Shown here in pieces: positions 18,377 through 26,843 of a stretch of DNA of 64,000 nucleotides. The translations under genes and the position numbers were made by a program. How positions within the stretch are numbered: position 1 is the stretch's first letter; each line of letters opens with the position of its first letter. Source of the DNA: Armatimonadota bacterium (lineage in GTDB: Bacteria > Armatimonadota > Fimbriimonadia > Fimbriimonadales > GBS-DC); assembly GCA_037444405.1 (NCBI GenBank), contig JBBIML010000016.1:1-64000 (forward strand), written 5' to 3'. A model generated the notes under the pieces. It was not told the origin of the DNA, searched no databases, and saw only the letters and a list, made by a program, of their open reading frames with translations.

Positions 18377-19783
18377 CTATTCGACGCCTGCGCCGATTTT
18401 CCTGCTTTCGGATGGCTCAGCGGCGCACACGCAGTTGCGCCCGCTGGCTTTGGCGCGATAGAGCGCCTGGTCAGCAGCCTCGATCAGCTCCTGCGGACTT
18501 GCCATCCCCGGCTGATAGCTGGCGACGCCGAAGCTGGCGGTGACGGGTCCCTGTGGAGCGCAGAGGCACGACTCCGACCCCAGCGCCTCCCATGCGCCTG
18601 CGGCGATGGCTTCACGCAACCGTTCCGCAACAGTGAGGGCGCTGGTCAAATCGGTGCTGGGCAGCACCACAGCAAACTCCTCACCGCCATAACGCGCCAC
18701 AAAGTCGCTCTGGCGCACCGTCTGAACAAGTATCCGGGCAACCTGCTTCAGCACCTCGTCGCCCACAAGATGACCGTAGGTGTCGTTCAGCCGCTTGAAA
18801 TGGTCGACATCCAGCAGAATGAGCGAGAGTGGGCGGTTGTGGCGCTGCGCCTCGGCGAGCTGCTGACGCAAAAAATCCTGAAAGGCGCGATGGTTGGGAA
18901 TGCCCGTCAGCCCATCCGCAAGCGCCATCCGCTGCAGATGGCGCTCGTACTCCACCCGATCCGACGCATCGACCACCGCCACGATGCCGCCGACCACCTC
19001 GCCATTCGGATTGCTCAGCGGGAACGCACTGCGCATCACCGAGCGAATCTGACCTGACGCGGTGGGGATCTCCACAGGCTCCTTATCGCGCACAGTCTCG
19101 CCTGCTAACACGCCTTCGACGAGCGAACGCATATCGGCGGTGGCTCCCTCACGGAACACCGTTTCATAGACGGGACGGAACAGCACCTGCTGCTTGGGAT
19201 AGCCGAACAGCTGCTCCGCTGCCTGGTTCCACTCGTGGAGCGTGCCTTCGGCGTCGAAGGTGAAGCAGGCGATGGGCAGGTTCTCGAACAGCTCGGTGAA
19301 GCGGCGATTCGCATGGATGAGCAGTCGCTGAGAATGCTCCAGCTCCTCGGCGCGTGCTTTCAACTCCTCGTTGAGCGATTGCAGATGCTGGCTCTGCGTA
19401 CGCAGCCGCTCCTCCATCTCCAGAATGCGGCGGGCGACGCTGAGGCGGGCGCGTAGCTCGGCGCTGTTGACAGGCTTGTAGAGAAAGTCATCCGCTCCCG
19501 CTTCTAAAGCCATGAGCTTGGTCGTCTCATCGCCACTGCCTGTGAGCATGATCAGGTACACATAACCCTCACAGGCATGGGCGCGCAGCCGCCGACAGAG
19601 TTCGATGCCGTCCATGTGGGGCATCAGCCAGTCGGTCAGCACCAGTGGCACTGGCTCCTGCTGGAACAGCTGCCACGCCTGCTCACCATCATGAGCCATG
19701 CGCACCTCGTAGCCCTCCCGTCGCAGGAGGCGCTCCAGTCCGCGCGCAACCACCCGATCATCGTCCACCACCAGCGCTCGCAT
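18377..19783 (-). CDS. Response regulator diguanylate cyclase (REC-PAS-GGDEF)
   Basis: VVDDD...TDWLMP...YKP receiver, a PAS domain, DVDHFK, RQSD I-site and RYGGEEF. Confidence 0.93.
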   Translation of the reverse strand: MRALVVDDDRVVARGLERLLRREGYEVRMAHDGEQAWQLFQQEPVPLVLTDWLMPHMDGIELCRRLRAHACEGYVYLIMLTGSGDETTKLMALEAGADDFLYKPVNSAELRARLSVARRILEMEERLRTQSQHLQSLNEELKARAEELEHSQRLLIHANRRFTELFENLPIACFTFDAEGTLHEWNQAAEQLFGYPKQQVLFRPVYETVFREGATADMRSLVEGVLAGETVRDKEPVEIPTASGQIRSVMRSAFPLSNPNGEVVGGIVAVVDASDRVEYERHLQRMALADGLTGIPNHRAFQDFLRQQLAEAQRHNRPLSLILLDVDHFKRLNDTYGHLVGDEVLKQVARILVQTVRQSDFVARYGGEEFAVVLPSTDLTSALTVAERLREAIAAGAWEALGSESCLCAPQGPVTASFGVASYQPGMASPQELIEAADQALYRAKASGRNCVCAAEPSESRKIGAGVE

Positions 19784-19932
19784 CGTTCGTTCCTCTTGTG
19801 GGGTTATTCCATGCGCGCTGCCCAATCTCTCATGAAAATCGGCGTGTCGCCGCCCCGCAAAAGGATGTCGTTCCCGCGTTAGCATTTTCAGGCGCGGGCA
19901 TGCCATCCTCTCCATCGAGGAGGAAAATAGCG

Positions 19933-20766
19933 ATGCGCTGGACAGTTGCGATGGGTTTGATGGGTCTGATGGCGTTGCTGTGCGCTCAACAGAGCTATCA
20001 GGCGCAGCCGACGGACGATGTATGGTACTACGATAACGCTTTCAATCCGGGCTTCACAGCGATTTTGCGCTGCTGGGGCGACGGCACGAACGCAGTCGAC
20101 CCCACAGGCGACCGACCCCGACTGAACTTCTCTTACTCGCTGGCGAAATGGAGTTTGTCGCCCTTCCAGTCCGGGGTACGCTATCAGCTGTTAGAAGCCC
20201 GAATCGTCGTGACCCAGACCCAGCCGCCTGGCTACACGCGCGAGGAGGGCGAGCAATATCCGCTGGAGGCGCGCGATCTGAGCCACACAAACTGGAACGA
20301 AGCCACATGGGACTATAATGCGCCCGATAACCCCTATCCCGGCACCCAGATTTTCGGCACAGGCTCCATGCTCAACTATCGCACCGACGCGCCCTTCACC
20401 ATCCCCATCGATCTGCTCGCCGAAGGGAGCGATTTTGAAGCCTACTTCCATCAGGCGGTGAACACAACGGGCGAGCTGGGGATTGCGTTTGTGTCGACGA
20501 TGAATCCAGCAGAGCAGGGCGGCACGCGCTTCTATCGCTTCTATTCGCGCAACGATGCGGGCGGGCGCGGTCCAATCCTTCAGCTGGTCTATCGCGTGGC
20601 GGGCGATGTGGACGGCAACGGCTGCACCGACGATGCCGACCTGCTGAGCGTGCTGTTCGCCTTCGGGCAATCGGGGAGCAACCTGCCGCAGGATTTGAAC
20701 GGCGACGGTATCGTGGACGACGCCGACCTGCTGACTGTGCTGTTCAACTTCGGCAATGGGTGCTAA
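19933..20766 (+). CDS. Secreted protein with C-terminal dockerin-like EF-hand pair
   Basis: Signal peptide. C-terminal GDVDGNGCTDDADLLSVLFAFG and DLNGDGIVDDADLLTVLFNFG. Confidence 0.75.
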   Translation: MRWTVAMGLMGLMALLCAQQSYQAQPTDDVWYYDNAFNPGFTAILRCWGDGTNAVDPTGDRPRLNFSYSLAKWSLSPFQSGVRYQLLEARIVVTQTQPPGYTREEGEQYPLEARDLSHTNWNEATWDYNAPDNPYPGTQIFGTGSMLNYRTDAPFTIPIDLLAEGSDFEAYFHQAVNTTGELGIAFVSTMNPAEQGGTRFYRFYSRNDAGGRGPILQLVYRVAGDVDGNGCTDDADLLSVLFAFGQSGSNLPQDLNGDGIVDDADLLTVLFNFGNGC

Positions 20767-20808
20767 CCCTCACCCCCTGCCCCTCTCCCACGCTGTGGGA
20801 GAGGGGAG
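20766..20808. repeat. REP-like palindrome, family B (ccctctccc...gggagaggg); relatives at 32521-32600 and 62347-62382
   Basis: accctcaccccctgccctctcccacgctgtgggagaggggag. Confidence 0.7.
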
Positions 20809-20870
20809 TTTCTGGATAGTTCTGGAGTGCTGAAGCGCAGCTTCAGCGGTCCACAGAGAGCGAGGTTCAC

Positions 20871-21605
20871 ATGGCACGCAGGGGTTTCACGCTGATTGAG
20901 CTGCTGGTCGTGATGGCAATTATCGCCATTCTGGCGTCAGTGCTGTTCCCCGTGCTGGCGCAGGCGCGCGCTAAAGCCCGCCAGAGCCAGTGCATGAGCA
21001 ATCTGCGCCAGATTGCCATCGCCGCCCAGCTCTATCTGCAGGATTACGACGAGCGGTTCTTTCCCGCCTACTACATCGGGCAGGGCGGTCAGACCCAGCC
21101 GAATAATTACGGCTACTTCTTCTGGCCGTGGCTGCTGCGTCCCTACACGCAGGCGTTCAACCTCTTCTGGTGCCCCGACGAGCCGCCCAGCAACTGCCGC
21201 GAGCTGAGCCATCCCTACTTTGGCTATGTGTTCGGTCGCTTCCCCGCGTGGGGCTATCATCAGGTGCTGTTCTCGCCCGGTATCGATGTCTATAATCCGA
21301 CCGAATATCCGTTCCAGCCGATCGCGCTCGGCAAAGTGGCGCGTCCAGCCGAGATTGTGCTGTTTGTGGAGAGCATCACGCTGGCGACCAGCGGGCAGGG
21401 CAGCACCTGCACAGGCTATCAGCAGCTGGGCTATGCGATGGTCTATCCCCCTCAATACTGGCAGGGCGAGCCGCCCCTGCGCCCGATGAGCTACGGGCAC
21501 TGCTGGCACCGCCATTTCCAGCGGTTCGCCACCACCGCCTTCACCGACGGGCACATCAAGCCGATGACGCTCGGCGAGCTGCGTAAAACCTCGTACTGGG
21601 AATAG
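20871..21605 (+). CDS. Prepilin-type N-terminal cleavage/methylation domain protein (DUF1559 / H-X9-DG type)
   Basis: [39 protein letters not shown] and C-terminal RH...AFTDGH. Confidence 0.92.
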   Translation: MARRGFTLIELLVVMAIIAILASVLFPVLAQARAKARQSQCMSNLRQIAIAAQLYLQDYDERFFPAYYIGQGGQTQPNNYGYFFWPWLLRPYTQAFNLFWCPDEPPSNCRELSHPYFGYVFGRFPAWGYHQVLFSPGIDVYNPTEYPFQPIALGKVARPAEIVLFVESITLATSGQGSTCTGYQQLGYAMVYPPQYWQGEPPLRPMSYGHCWHRHFQRFATTAFTDGHIKPMTLGELRKTSYWE

Positions 21606-21611
21606 CCTGTC

Positions 21612-23615
21612 TCAGCTCAGCAAGGGCGCGAACACCAGCGCGACGATGCTCATCAACTTGATGAGGATATTCATGCTGGGACCGGTGGTGTCCTTGAAGG
21701 GGTCGCCGACCGTATCGCCGACGACGGCGGCTTTGTGCGCCTCACTCCCCTTGCCGCCCTCGTGCCCTTCCTCAATCCACTTTTTGGCGTTGTCCCATGC
21801 GCCGCCTGCATTCGCCATCATCAGCCCGATGACAACGCCCGTGGCGAGCGCGCCCGCCAGGAAGCCGCCCAGCGCCTCCGCACCAAGCAGGTAGCCAACC
21901 GTTAGCGGCGCGGCAACGGCAATCGTGCCCGGCAGCACCATCTCGCGCAGAGCCGCCGCCGTCACAATATCGATACAGCGGTTATAGTCTGGTGTGCCGC
22001 GCCCTTCCAGCAGACCCAGCTCATGGAACTGGCGACGCACTTCCGCCACCATCTGGTCCGAAGCGCGGGCGACCGCCCTCAGCGTGAGCGCGGCGAACAG
22101 GTTCGGCAACGCGACACCGATCAGCAACCCGATCAGCGTCTGGGGATTGGTCAGGCTGATGGCTTTCAGCCCCGTCTGGCTCTGGTAGGCGGCGAACAGC
22201 GCGAGGGCGGTGAGCGCGGCGCTGCCAATTGCGAAGCCCTTGCCAATCGCTGCCGTCGTGTTGCCCAGGGCGTCGAGACGGTCGGTGATTCTGCGCAGCG
22301 ACTCGCCGAAGCCCGCCACCTGCGCGATGCCGCCCGCATTATCGGCGATGGGTCCGTAGCTGTCCGCGCTCATCACGATGCCAATCGTCGCCAGCATGCC
22401 GACGCCTGCCAGCGCGATCCCGTACAGCCCGCTGCTAATATAGGCGAGCCAGATGGCGCCCGCAATCCCCAGCAGGGGCAGCACGGTGCTGAGATAGCCC
22501 ACCGCCACGCCCGACAGAATGTTGGTCGCCGTCCCATAGCGCGAGGAGCGCGCAATCTGGCGGATGGGCGGTCCACTGGTGTAATACTGGCTCACCGCGC
22601 CGATAAATAGTCCCGCGAGCAACCCTGCCAGCACCGCCCAGTACGGCTTCAGCGAGCCGAGCATCGCCTGCACAAGCCATGCCGCGCCTGCCGCGAACAG
22701 CGCCATCGTCAGCAGGGTCGCGCCGTTCAGCGCCCACTGCGGCTCCATCCCGCGAAAGAGGCGAATAGCCAGCACGCCAATCACCGACGCCAGCAGTCCG
22801 CAGGCAATCAGCGCGAGCGGCAACAGCAGATAAGCCAGGGGTCTGCCTTCGGCAGCGCCCACCGCCGCGCCAATGACCGCTGCCGCCACCACCGAGCCGA
22901 CATAGCTCTCGAACAGGTCCGCGCCCATCCCGGCGGTGTCGCCCACATTATCACCCACATTGTCCGCCAGCACAGCGGGGTTGCGCGGATCGTCTTCAGG
23001 GATGCCCGCCTCCACCTTGCCCACCAGATCGGCGCCCACATCGGCGGCTTTGGTGTAGATGCCGCCGCCCACCCGCGCGAACAGCGCGACCGACGACGCG
23101 CCCATCGAATAGCCCGTCAGGTACTGCACCAGCATCGGCATCGCCAGCGACTGACCCAGCAGGATTAGCAGTCCAATTCCAAACAGCCCCAGCGCGGCGA
23201 CCGATAGCCCCATCACCGAGCCGCCCGTGAACGCAACCACCAGCGCACGCTCTATCCCGCCAAGCCGCGCCGCCTCCGCCGAGCGCACCCCACTGCGCGT
23301 GGACGCCTTCATACCGATATAGCCCGCCAGCATCGAACTGACCGCCCCGAACAGATAGGCGGCGCCCACCAGCGGCGCACGCGCATAAAACGCCCCCGTC
23401 AATACCACCGTCAGCGCGAGTGCGAAAAGGGCGATGGCTCTATACTCGCGCCGCAGGAAGGTCATCGCGCCGTCGTGAATCGCCTGCGCATAGCGGCGCA
23501 TCGCCTCCGTGCCGTCAGGATGGCGCTTGATGGCATAGTAGTTCAGCCCTGCCAGTAATATGCCCGCGCCACCCAGCCCTGTCGCCATATAGGGAATCTC
23601 AGGGAACCACTCCAT
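21612..23615 (-). CDS. hppA: Membrane-integral pyrophosphatase, K+-dependent, probably Na+-translocating
   Basis: [41 protein letters not shown] (Ala = K+-dependent) and [10 protein letters not shown]. Confidence 0.93.
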   Translation of the reverse strand: MEWFPEIPYMATGLGGAGILLAGLNYYAIKRHPDGTEAMRRYAQAIHDGAMTFLRREYRAIALFALALTVVLTGAFYARAPLVGAAYLFGAVSSMLAGYIGMKASTRSGVRSAEAARLGGIERALVVAFTGGSVMGLSVAALGLFGIGLLILLGQSLAMPMLVQYLTGYSMGASSVALFARVGGGIYTKAADVGADLVGKVEAGIPEDDPRNPAVLADNVGDNVGDTAGMGADLFESYVGSVVAAAVIGAAVGAAEGRPLAYLLLPLALIACGLLASVIGVLAIRLFRGMEPQWALNGATLLTMALFAAGAAWLVQAMLGSLKPYWAVLAGLLAGLFIGAVSQYYTSGPPIRQIARSSRYGTATNILSGVAVGYLSTVLPLLGIAGAIWLAYISSGLYGIALAGVGMLATIGIVMSADSYGPIADNAGGIAQVAGFGESLRRITDRLDALGNTTAAIGKGFAIGSAALTALALFAAYQSQTGLKAISLTNPQTLIGLLIGVALPNLFAALTLRAVARASDQMVAEVRRQFHELGLLEGRGTPDYNRCIDIVTAAALREMVLPGTIAVAAPLTVGYLLGAEALGGFLAGALATGVVIGLMMANAGGAWDNAKKWIEEGHEGGKGSEAHKAAVVGDTVGDPFKDTTGPSMNILIKLMSIVALVFAPLLS

Positions 23616-23759
23616 CGCGAGTAAGTATACCCAGCATCCTGACCCTCTCCCTCACACCATGTGATCAAGAAGAGGGGTTCAGCAGGGGCGGACTGGCTCT
23701 GTGTGAGCACCCGCCTCCTGCAGGCGTTGCGCCCAGTAGGGCAGACCCTCAGCCGGCAC

Positions 23760-23880
23760 CAGCAGACCCTGCTCCAGAATAATGACGCATATTCCCCGTC
23801 GCCACACCAATCCCCAGCACCCGTGTCGTCGCCCCTATCAACACATCCGCATCATCCAGACGCGCCCCACGCAGCGACGG
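23760..23880 (-). pseudogene. VapC/PIN toxin C-terminal fragment
   Basis: Minus frame reads RGARLDDADVLIGATTRVLGIGVATGNMRHY, with no N-terminus. Confidence 0.6.
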
Positions 23881-23932
23881 CGGCACATCAAGGGGCATCG
23901 ATCTCAATCAAGTGCCCGCCTACTACTCTGCG

Positions 23933-24171
23933 TCAACAGATTTCACCCCGTTCCATCCCACGCCGCGCTGTCCCGGTTCGTGAAAGCGGTCAGTTTGGGG
24001 TCGTGTATCACGCAGGGCTTGCGCGGCTTGCGGGAGGGCGCTCTCGCTCGGAGCCGCCTGTGTCAGTTCCTATCGCAGTTGCTGCAGGGCTTCCTCAATC
24101 ACTGTCAGGCGCTCAGTGGGGCTGAGCTGGGTCAGTGCCTGCAGAACCTGCAGAATATGCGCTGTGTCCAT
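23933..24171 (-). pseudogene. Broken antitoxin plus the first codons of a MazF/PemK-like toxin
   Basis: MDTAHILQVLQALTQLSPTERLTVIEEALQQLR* (internal TAG), a frameshift to DPKLTAFT..., and an overlapping MERGEIC* at 23956-23933. Confidence 0.5.
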
Positions 24172-24320
24172 CGGTTTCACCTGAATGGATTATATCCCTG
24201 CCCTTGCGGAATGCCTGCTTGAGGGGGTAACGGCTTTGCTCAGGTCAGTGTCAAATGATTTTCTCTGGCTCATAGTGGGGTGATTATGTCCGATTCACTT
24301 TCTTGGAGAGAGAGAGTCTC

Positions 24321-24701
24321 TCATTGCTTGTTCACTTCCTTGGAGGGTCTCTCGGTTTCTTCAATTTCTTCGCGTTTACCAATCAGTAAAGATACTGTGG
24401 AATATTTCCAATAAAACAACTGTATAAATGTGAAAATAAATATTATAATAAATATTTTCAAACCAAAATCGAATAATCTAAATAGTGTAAACCAGCTTAA
24501 TATAATAAATATACCAAAAATAAGATGAATTAAATCCGCTATTAGATTTCGGCAAGACAAGTAATAGCCTTTCTGTGAAAGCAAGCGGCACCGCGTACGA
24601 CGCCCCATCAATTCAGGAATAGATCCCAAGACTAAGGCTATTCCCAATGCCAGGACCATGTAATCCATAAGCTGGTACAGTAACAGCAGCATATCCACCA
24701 T
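24321..24701 (-). CDS. AT-rich small membrane protein, candidate Rhs immunity protein
   Basis: About 3 TM helices, strongly AT-rich, directly downstream of the Rhs C-terminus. Confidence 0.55.
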   Translation of the reverse strand: MVDMLLLLYQLMDYMVLALGIALVLGSIPELMGRRTRCRLLSQKGYYLSCRNLIADLIHLIFGIFIILSWFTLFRLFDFGLKIFIIIFIFTFIQLFYWKYSTVSLLIGKREEIEETERPSKEVNKQ

Positions 24702-24714
24702 TCGCAAATATCCT

Positions 24715-25446
24715 TCACCACCCCAACCCATAAAACGGAAGGCTTTCTGCGCGATCGTGTTCTGTCGGATCGGCAACCACCAGATAAGCCAAGGTGAGCT
24801 GCGTCACTGCGTAGATAGTAGTCAAAGAAGCTAAGGCCCCCTCAATCATTATTGCCCGAACACCTGTAGCTGCAACATCACCTCTGGTTTTTCGAAATGC
24901 CTCATAAATCTTCATCATATTACTAAGACCTGCTAGCGATGCTACTAACGCTTCGATTCCCTCAAGAACATGCTGGATCGCTTTCCACCCTGCCCAATCC
25001 AAGCCATGCAGATTAGCAAGCTTGGTCAGGAAATAAAAGACTAAAGCACCTATACGCCATTTATTCCCAAGTTTAGTCAATTCCCACAGGTCTGGCTGCG
25101 AGGAGGTTCCTTCCGCATCCACCTTCCCCACTGGATTCCCATCGGCATAGAGATACCAGTTCACCCCATCCCGTGAAGGGTCTTCACTGATAAACCGACC
25201 TGTCAAAGGCTCGTAATATCGCGCCCGCATATAGACCAAGCCCGTCTCATCCTCAGGGTGTCCCAGATTGGTGCAATAGCCCCTGCCTGTACCCAGCGAA
25301 CCCTGCACCTCACCCCATACCCCACGCCACTGAAAACTGGAGAGCGCATAGGTAGACGCCATCGTGCGCACCAGGTTGCCATGCCCATCATACAGCAACC
25401 AGTTCAGGCTCGCCTGATTACCTCGCGTATGGTCTATCGTCAACAC
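24715..25446 (-). CDS. Orphan RHS repeat-associated core fragment with a variable C-terminal (toxin) domain
   Basis: YDGHGN, DETGLVYMRARYYEP..GRFISEDP...NWYLYADGNP...DAEG, then a lower-GC hydrophobic C-terminus. No clear start codon or RBS. Confidence 0.8.
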   Translation of the reverse strand: MLTIDHTRGNQASLNWLLYDGHGNLVRTMASTYALSSFQWRGVWGEVQGSLGTGRGYCTNLGHPEDETGLVYMRARYYEPLTGRFISEDPSRDGVNWYLYADGNPVGKVDAEGTSSQPDLWELTKLGNKWRIGALVFYFLTKLANLHGLDWAGWKAIQHVLEGIEALVASLAGLSNMMKIYEAFRKTRGDVAATGVRAIMIEGALASLTTIYAVTQLTLAYLVVADPTEHDRAESLPFYGLGW

Positions 25447-25451
25447 CGCTT

Positions 25452-25877
25452 CTATCCCTCCTCCCGCCAGTTCACTACACGCAACGGATAACCCAGCGCC
25501 TGTATACGCGCGTAATGCTCCACATTTCCCGACACCAGCACCAGATCATAACTTATCGCCAGAGCCGCTACCATCGGATCCGCACGCCCTATCCGCTGAC
25601 CTACCCGACACAGATCCCCATCAATCCGCCCTGCCAGCACCGCACTCTCTTTATCCAGCATCAGCACCTCCATCGCCTGCAACGCCTGCAAAAACCGCTC
25701 CAACTGTTCCCAGCGTTCCACTCGCTGCAGCCCACTCACCACCTCCATCACCGACACTACCGAAACCGTCAGCACCCTGTGCTGTGCCAGATACACCTGT
25801 GCCTGCGCCACCACCTGTGGATGGCGTCCCTTGAGTACCTCCGAGAGCATATCGGTATCAAGTAAGGCTTTGTCCAT
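25452..25877 (-). CDS. vapC: VapC-family PIN domain toxin
   Basis: LLDTDMLS, SVMEV..G, IGRADPMVAALA, LVSGNVEHY. Confidence 0.9.
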   Translation of the reverse strand: MDKALLDTDMLSEVLKGRHPQVVAQAQVYLAQHRVLTVSVVSVMEVVSGLQRVERWEQLERFLQALQAMEVLMLDKESAVLAGRIDGDLCRVGQRIGRADPMVAALAISYDLVLVSGNVEHYARIQALGYPLRVVNWREEG

Positions 25878-26091
25878 CGTCTCCACGCAGGGGGCGCGTC
25901 TCGCGTTCGTGCATCACGGTTTCTATCAGGCAATCCAGCAGGTCAGCGTCTTCCGCAAACAGTCCAATCAGGCGGTGGCTGTCGGGTGCCGTCAGCGGCT
26001 GAATCAGCACCCGCACCCGCGTGCCCTGTGGCAGGTTGACCGGTTCTTCCAGTTCGATTCGGTTGCCGTGAACGGTTCCGATGTGGGTCAT
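25858..26091 (-). CDS. Antitoxin (AF2212/DUF104-like)
   Basis: GTVHGNRIELEEPVNLPQGTRVRV. Overlaps the vapC start. Confidence 0.8.
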   Translation of the reverse strand: MTHIGTVHGNRIELEEPVNLPQGTRVRVLIQPLTAPDSHRLIGLFAEDADLLDCLIETVMHERETRPLRGDDGQSLT

Positions 26092-26096
26092 TCCTA

Positions 26097-26426
26097 TCAC
26101 CTCATAAGGAAGTGTACCCTAACAGTGGGAGAGTGGTTATCCCAATATGGATTGGCAGGCGGTTTGCGCAAAGGCTCCAGATAGGATGTCGGTATCAAGG
26201 GATGGCAGGTTTCATCGGGAGTTCTGCAGAGCTGGATGGAGCGCTCCTGCATCATCTGGCGTAGGGCTTCGATTAGTTCGGACTGGTCTGCCAGCGGTCC
26301 CCAGAGGGGGTCAGGCAGGAGCGTGCGCAGTTCCACTTCCACCTGTGTGCCGTCGGGCAGGGGCGGTTCCTGCTCCAGTTCAATCGTGCGCCCGCGTATC
26401 ACTCCGCGTAAACCCATCACGCTCAC
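26097..26426 (-). CDS. Second AF2212-like antitoxin, overlapping a frameshifted vapC remnant
   Basis: GVIRGRTIELEQEPPLPDGTQVEV. At 26215 an ATG gives MKPAI, then a one-base shift gives LDTDILS. Confidence 0.6.
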   Translation of the reverse strand: MSVMGLRGVIRGRTIELEQEPPLPDGTQVEVELRTLLPDPLWGPLADQSELIEALRQMMQERSIQLCRTPDETCHPLIPTSYLEPLRKPPANPYWDNHSPTVRVHFLMR

Positions 26427-26439
26427 CTAAAAAGAGGAT

Positions 26440-26630
26440 ACCTTACTCTGGCACTGGGCGCGGCAAACTGGGAACCCTGTTCATCCTGCGCTCTCATCCA
26501 TCAGCTGCCCCTCGTGCCTGCAAGGCTCCTCTGAAGATTCCAGAGCCAATCTCATCGCTTCCCGAAGGTGCTGCAGAGCTTTTTCGCCCTCGCGGATGCA
26601 GTCTACTGGCTGTAATAAGAGCCGCCAATT
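26440..26630 (-). pseudogene. Possible HicB/HicA remnant
   Basis: ...EGEKALQHLREAMRLALES...* followed by MNRVPSL. The similarity is short and weak. Confidence 0.3.
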
Positions 26631-26631
26631 G

Positions 26632-26790
26632 GATTACCCCGCGTATGGTCTATCGTCGGCACAGCCTCTATCCCTCGTGCGCCAGGAAAGTCGACCCGTG
26701 TCGCGCGCAAAGTGCTGCCCACAAACTCCTGCTCGCACCCCGGCATCTGCCCATCATACAGATACTCCACTCGCGAAGATTTTCCTGCTT
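26632..26790 (-). pseudogene. Upstream Rhs core fragment
   Basis: VEYLYDGQMP..EQEFVGSTLRATRVDFPGARGIEAVPTIDHTRGN, which overlaps in sequence with the start of the 24715-25446 Rhs fragment. Confidence 0.65.
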
Positions 26791-26843
26791 CCTTCCCAGC
26801 AGGATGTGGTAGATGGAGCGGGAATGATAGCCACCAGGAACTG

